Part shown: positions 63,701 through 64,000 of the stretch, piece after piece
Position numbering within the stretch: position 1 is the first letter of the stretch
How the letters are laid out: each line of letters begins with the position of its first letter
DNA from: an uncultured Gemmatimonadales bacterium
GTDB lineage: Bacteria; Gemmatimonadota; Gemmatimonadetes; Longimicrobiales; Longimicrobiaceae
Direction: 5' to 3'
Assembly: GCA_963716255.1 (NCBI GenBank)
Contig: OY970303.1
Coordinates: 2,976,001 to 3,040,000, forward strand
DNA length: 64,000 bases
Notes under the pieces: generated by a model
Database searches by the model: none
What the model saw: only the letters and a program-made list of their open reading frames with translations
Told to the model about the DNA's origin: nothing
Translations under genes and position numbers: made by a program

Positions 63701-64000
63701 GGCTCGGCTCCTGCTCGGGGTACGACTCCAGCGAGAACATCACCTGGAAGAGCGGCGAGTGCGACAGGCTGCGCTCGGGCGCCAGCTCCTCCACCAGCCG
63801 CTCGAAGGGCACGTCCTGGTGCGCGTGCGCCCCCAGCACCGCCTCGCGCACGCGGGCGAGCAGCGCGCGCCCGGTGGGATCGTCCGACAGGTCGGCGCGC
63901 ACCACCAGCGTGTTCGCCAGGTAGCCGATCAGCCCTTCCGTCTCCCCGCGGGTGCGCCCCGCGATCGGCGTCCCCACGCTCACGTCGTCCGCCCCGGACC
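51747..64000 (-). CDS. NRPS, 5'-truncated by window edge: C(partial)-A-T-(C-A-T)x3, >4080 aa
   Basis: ORF 51747..63983 stays open to the edge and begins mid-C-domain (SGADDVSVGTPIAGR). Four A and four T domains (the first T reads GGQSL). Codes by eye DALWMGGVFK, DIFHFGTVLK, DARALSQMSK and DVASNGLTYK. Confidence 0.95.
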   Translation of the reverse strand, partial: SGADDVSVGTPIAGRTRGETEGLIGYLANTLVVRADLSDDPTGRALLARVREAVLGAHAHQDVPFERLVEELAPERSLSHSPLFQVMFSLESYPEQEPSLGPLEAEIMGVGGGVAKFDLTAIMTDLLEPIDGRLSGRAELFDEESLARLRGWYAALMAGIAADPDRPLSAIPLLDAAERARLLDGGSAGGEADPAPRCLHELFAEQAARRPGATALVHGAATITYAELDRRSDALAHRLAALGVGPDVRVGICMERSPGLVAGLLGILKAGGAYVPLDPQFPDERLAFVLADAGAPALVTGARLAERFAGFGGELVLEDADEATPSGAFALPRSPSPESLACVVYTSGSTGQPKGIGVPHRAVPGFFRGADYARFDEDQVLLQHSPVSWDALTLELWPALLTGGVCVLYPGATPEPEALARQVREHGVTTLWLTSAFFNLVVDTCPDVLGGVRQVMTGGEAVSAAHVRRALELHPGLRLVNGYGPSECTVFSTAWVVPAGFRGDTVPIGRPVGDRRVYLLDRRLEPVPAGVPGELYVGGPGVARGYLGRPEPTAAAFVPDPFGGEPGGRLYRSGDRARLRADGVLEFVGRVDFQVKVRGFRVEPGEVEAALAGHPAVREAAVVAREAAAGGRRLVAYVTAEAGAEVSPAELRAYLGGRIPAYMVPDALVVLDAMPLTAHGKTDRRALPAPGASDGAASYVPPRTPTEEALAAVWAEVLGVGRVGADDDFFALGGQSLLAMRVVARLREVLGVELPLRAVFEAPTLAGLAERIGGPGASPLAPIPRRGGEEPLPLSFAQQRLWIIDRMEPGSAAYNMPAGLRLRGRLDVAVLERTLGEVVRRHESLRTVFGVEDGRPVQKVLPAAPVRLPVVELAGLPGEARERTLRRLADGEAGRPFDLALGPLLRTVAVRLGPGEHAVLFTLHHVVGDGWSMGVLVAEVSALYEAFARGEPSPLPALPVQYPDYAVWQRDWLTGEVLDAQLAFWRERLAGAPPVLELPTDRPRPPAPGARGAAVPFVLGPDAVRDLRALARSEGATLFAALLAGVQALLGRWAGAEDVVVGTPTAGRTRAELEGLIGFFVNTLVLRTDLSGDPTPRVLVRRARETVLGAQAHQDVPFERLVEELAPERSLGHTPLFQVLFALQNNRQETVRLGSLDVEPLPAESGSVRFDLELSLAEQDDEVRGVVAFRTALFDASTMERLASHLRALLAGMAADPDRRLADIELMDAAERERVLVAWNDTAREYPPLPAHQLFAAQAARTPDAVAVLFAGGALTYAELDARADALAARLRGLGVGPEVPVGLCVERTPGLVAGVLGIWKAGGAHVPLDPAYPVERLALIARDAALRVVVASAETAAAVPESGGEIVVVDGETPLPPAPSTARGEGEHDNDTSEAEGQEALPQNWGRVASLSEPGGGPAEVAPEHLAYVIYTSGSTGTPKGVHVEHGSLSNLLHAAREAFGMGAGDVVPVLSSSAFDIWLFETMLPLSVGAAVRLVERERVMDPAGLVAEAGDATALHAVPALMRQVVREAAGSAEPRLPALRRLFVGGEAVPPDLLGEMREAFPSAGAYVTYGPTEAAVLACAYRVPASGAVEGHRIGAPLGNVRVYVCDAAGNAQPEGVPGELWIGGAGVARGYGGRPELTAEKFVPDAFGGVPGARAYRSGDRVRWRAEGVLEFLGRTDAQVKVRGFRIEPGEVEAALAGHAWVREAAVAVREEGGERRLVGYVVAAEGAEVDAGELRGWLKGRLPEYMVPSVVVALEALPLTPTGKVDRLALPAPESGSGTEYVAPRGEVEERLAGIWAEVLKVERVGAHDDFFALGGHSLLATRVTSRIAEETGTELPLRALFESPTVAGLAARLTALLPPAEGERSAAATTDDSRAAADATPADSADKQLQLRRMLAERASRRRQQEAIRPVARDPRSALPLSFAQRRLWFIDRMEPGHPAYNMPFPLRLRGTMEVPALRRALSEIVRRHEVLRTVFAVEDGEPVQVIRPARAASVPVLDLGGLPGDARDAELMRLADADAVHPFRLERGPLLRATLVRLADAEWGMLLTLHHIVADGWSTTALVQELSALYDAFRRGRPSPLPEPRVQYADFAAWQHEWLAGERLEEQLAFWRETLKGAPPVLNLPTDRPRPAVPGIRGDRRIYMLPPETSTALRRLALGEGVTPFMLLLAGFSLLLARYAGTDDVSVGTGTAGRTRVELEGLIGFFVNTLVLRTRLSGDPTGRELLRRVKDTTLGAFAHQDVPFERLVEDLAPGRSLQHTPLFQVMFNFQNLEESALDMGGGEVEPLHWSGEVSKFDLSLTAREDGGHLGGFVTFRADLFEPDTVERMLEHFRVLLDGLAADPERPVSALPLMDAAERARVLEAAHGPVRTYPRHLSVHALFERQAARTPHAVAAVFDGGSLTYAELDRRAGTLARELLRRRLAPETRIGVFLERGPEWLAALLAVLKAGAVYVPLDPSHPAERVRYVLEDSGASLLLTGEGLRGRVPEFGGQIVVVDTPHPPAPSPTRGEGEHDNDTSEGEGQEALPQNWGRVASLSEPGGGPADLAYVIYTSGSTGTPKGVLTTHGGAANYLAFLAEEYGLGEGDTVLQVATPTFDASIRETLGPLTVGARLVLSPARETADPRRVLERVRDHGVTAILAVVPSVLRPILAEAEASDGVAGSLRLLLASGEPLPVADVRRAHAVFGSGLRVVNQWGATECTMSSTLHTVADDEAWPIAPVGVPIRNTRVFVLDAELEPTPLGVPGEAYIATPGLARGYGGRPDLTAEKFVPDPFSGDAGARLYRVGDRVRRRRDGVLEFLGRVDQQVKVQGVRVEPGEIEAVLRAHPSVAAAAVVARETRPGEARLVAYVVASDGPDATEPTPADLRAYLADRLPSYMVPAGWVRLDALPLLPNGKLDRRALPDPEESAVEAEYVAPRTPTEEILAGIWAEVLKAERVGASDDFFALGGHSLLATRMTARVREAFGVDLPLRTLFEAPTLGGTAERLEALLHAGGDGVPPLVAVPREGPLPLSFAQQRLWFIHQFAPESAAYNMPHPLRLRGELDVGALRRSLEALVARHEALRTVFSVVDGEPMQVVQERVDLRLPVADLSGLPADAREAETRRLIGEETLRPFDLARGPLMRALLLRAGAEEHAVLFTLHHIVADGWSLGVLVREVSALYDAFSRGAAPRLAALPIQYGDYAAWQRAWLSGEALERQVGWWRERLAGAPPLLEVPTDRPRPAVMSEAGASQPFALSAEVSRALAELSRREGATLFMTLLAGWQALLSRWSGQDDVVVGTPLAGRTRLETEGLIGMFVNTLALRAELGDGPDFRGLLGRVREMTLGAYAHQEVPFEKLVEELRVERSLRYTPIFQAVLALQNAERGELEMGAVEVEPLSREEETAKFDLHLNVAERGGRLHCVLSYRVALWEPATIGRMTEHLRVLLEGIAAAPERPVAALPLMPAEERAQVLGGSNDTDRDYPSGEVVCDLLEAQNKRTPAAPALSFRGATITYGELDRWSNRLANHLRGLGVGPETRVGVCLPRTPELVVALVAVLKAGGAYVPLDPAYPRERLGYMQEDAGVSLVLTTTLLAGVLPGGTPVLALDAARAAVEAEPDAAPESGVLPDNLSHVIFTSGSTGRPKGVMIRQSSTVVLLRWLREIVSDGERGAALFSTSVNFDVSVAEVFGTLAWGGKLVMVENALELAGVEEPVVYASMVPTAAAELLRTGGIPPSVRTLNLGGEPLPAVLAQALYALGTVETVGNLYGPTEDTTYSTYSRVERGGAQVFVGRPVANTRALVLDARLEPVPLGVVGELYLAGDGLARGYAGRPHLTAERFLPDPFGEPGSRMYRVMDRVRRRTDGELEYFGRTDFQVKVRGYRIELGDVESALLSHPGVAEAVAVVREDSPGERRIVAYLVAPADRPAPGAGELRTHLREHVPEYMVPAAFVELEGLPLTPNGKLDRRALPAPGGPAAEREYVAPRNAAEELLARVFGEVLNLERVGVHDHFFDLGGHSLLATRVVARVREVFGVELPLRAVFEFPTVAELVPQVAALQPAAAVDEWEVDEELARLAELSDEEVMRLLKDI
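53603..57025. repeat. Near-identical duplicated A-T-C segment (copy of ~43502-47040)
   Basis: Matches the partner copy; differs mainly in the REP-like insert content. Confidence 0.85.
56344..56476. repeat. Intragenic REP-like inverted doublet (A + B')
   Basis: Unit A plus ccccctctccccttgtgggagagggggccggggggtgagggg. Encodes [17 protein letters not shown]...[17 protein letters not shown]. Confidence 0.88.
58417..60378. repeat. Near-identical duplicated A-T segment (copy of ~48400-50355)
   Basis: Matches the partner copy in nucleotide and protein sequence. Confidence 0.85.
59746..59878. repeat. Intragenic REP-like inverted doublet (A + B)
   Basis: Same two hairpin units; one stem mismatch (gcggtggagg) gives [15 protein letters not shown]. 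Confidence 0.88.

Overview
The whole 64 kb window is the interior of a very large non-ribosomal peptide synthetase (NRPS) cluster from a very high-GC bacterium. The repeat types and protein style suggest Gemmatimonadota/Longimicrobium-like, but that is inference only. Eight co-oriented minus-strand NRPS genes are present, the two outer ones truncated by the window edges. Together they encode about 20 C-A-T modules (4+3+1+1+3+2+4+2; 19 complete A domains). No epimerisation, methyltransferase, thioesterase or PKS domains, tailoring genes or RNA genes were seen. Main points of interest: (1) a family of C/G-rich REP/BoxC-like hairpins inserted in frame at the same A2-A3 loop of 10 of 19 adenylation domains, as singlets, doublets, a triplet, a fused palindrome and deletion scars; (2) a conserved pair of short terminal docking motifs at almost every gene junction, plus a vestigial copy inside one gene that marks a fusion; (3) several A domains with non-canonical core motifs and specificity codes; (4) a recent ~10 kb-offset module duplication whose end coincides with a short AT-rich, codon-atypical patch. 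The long plus-strand ORFs are antisense shadows. Specificity codes were read by eye against GrsA numbering and need software confirmation.
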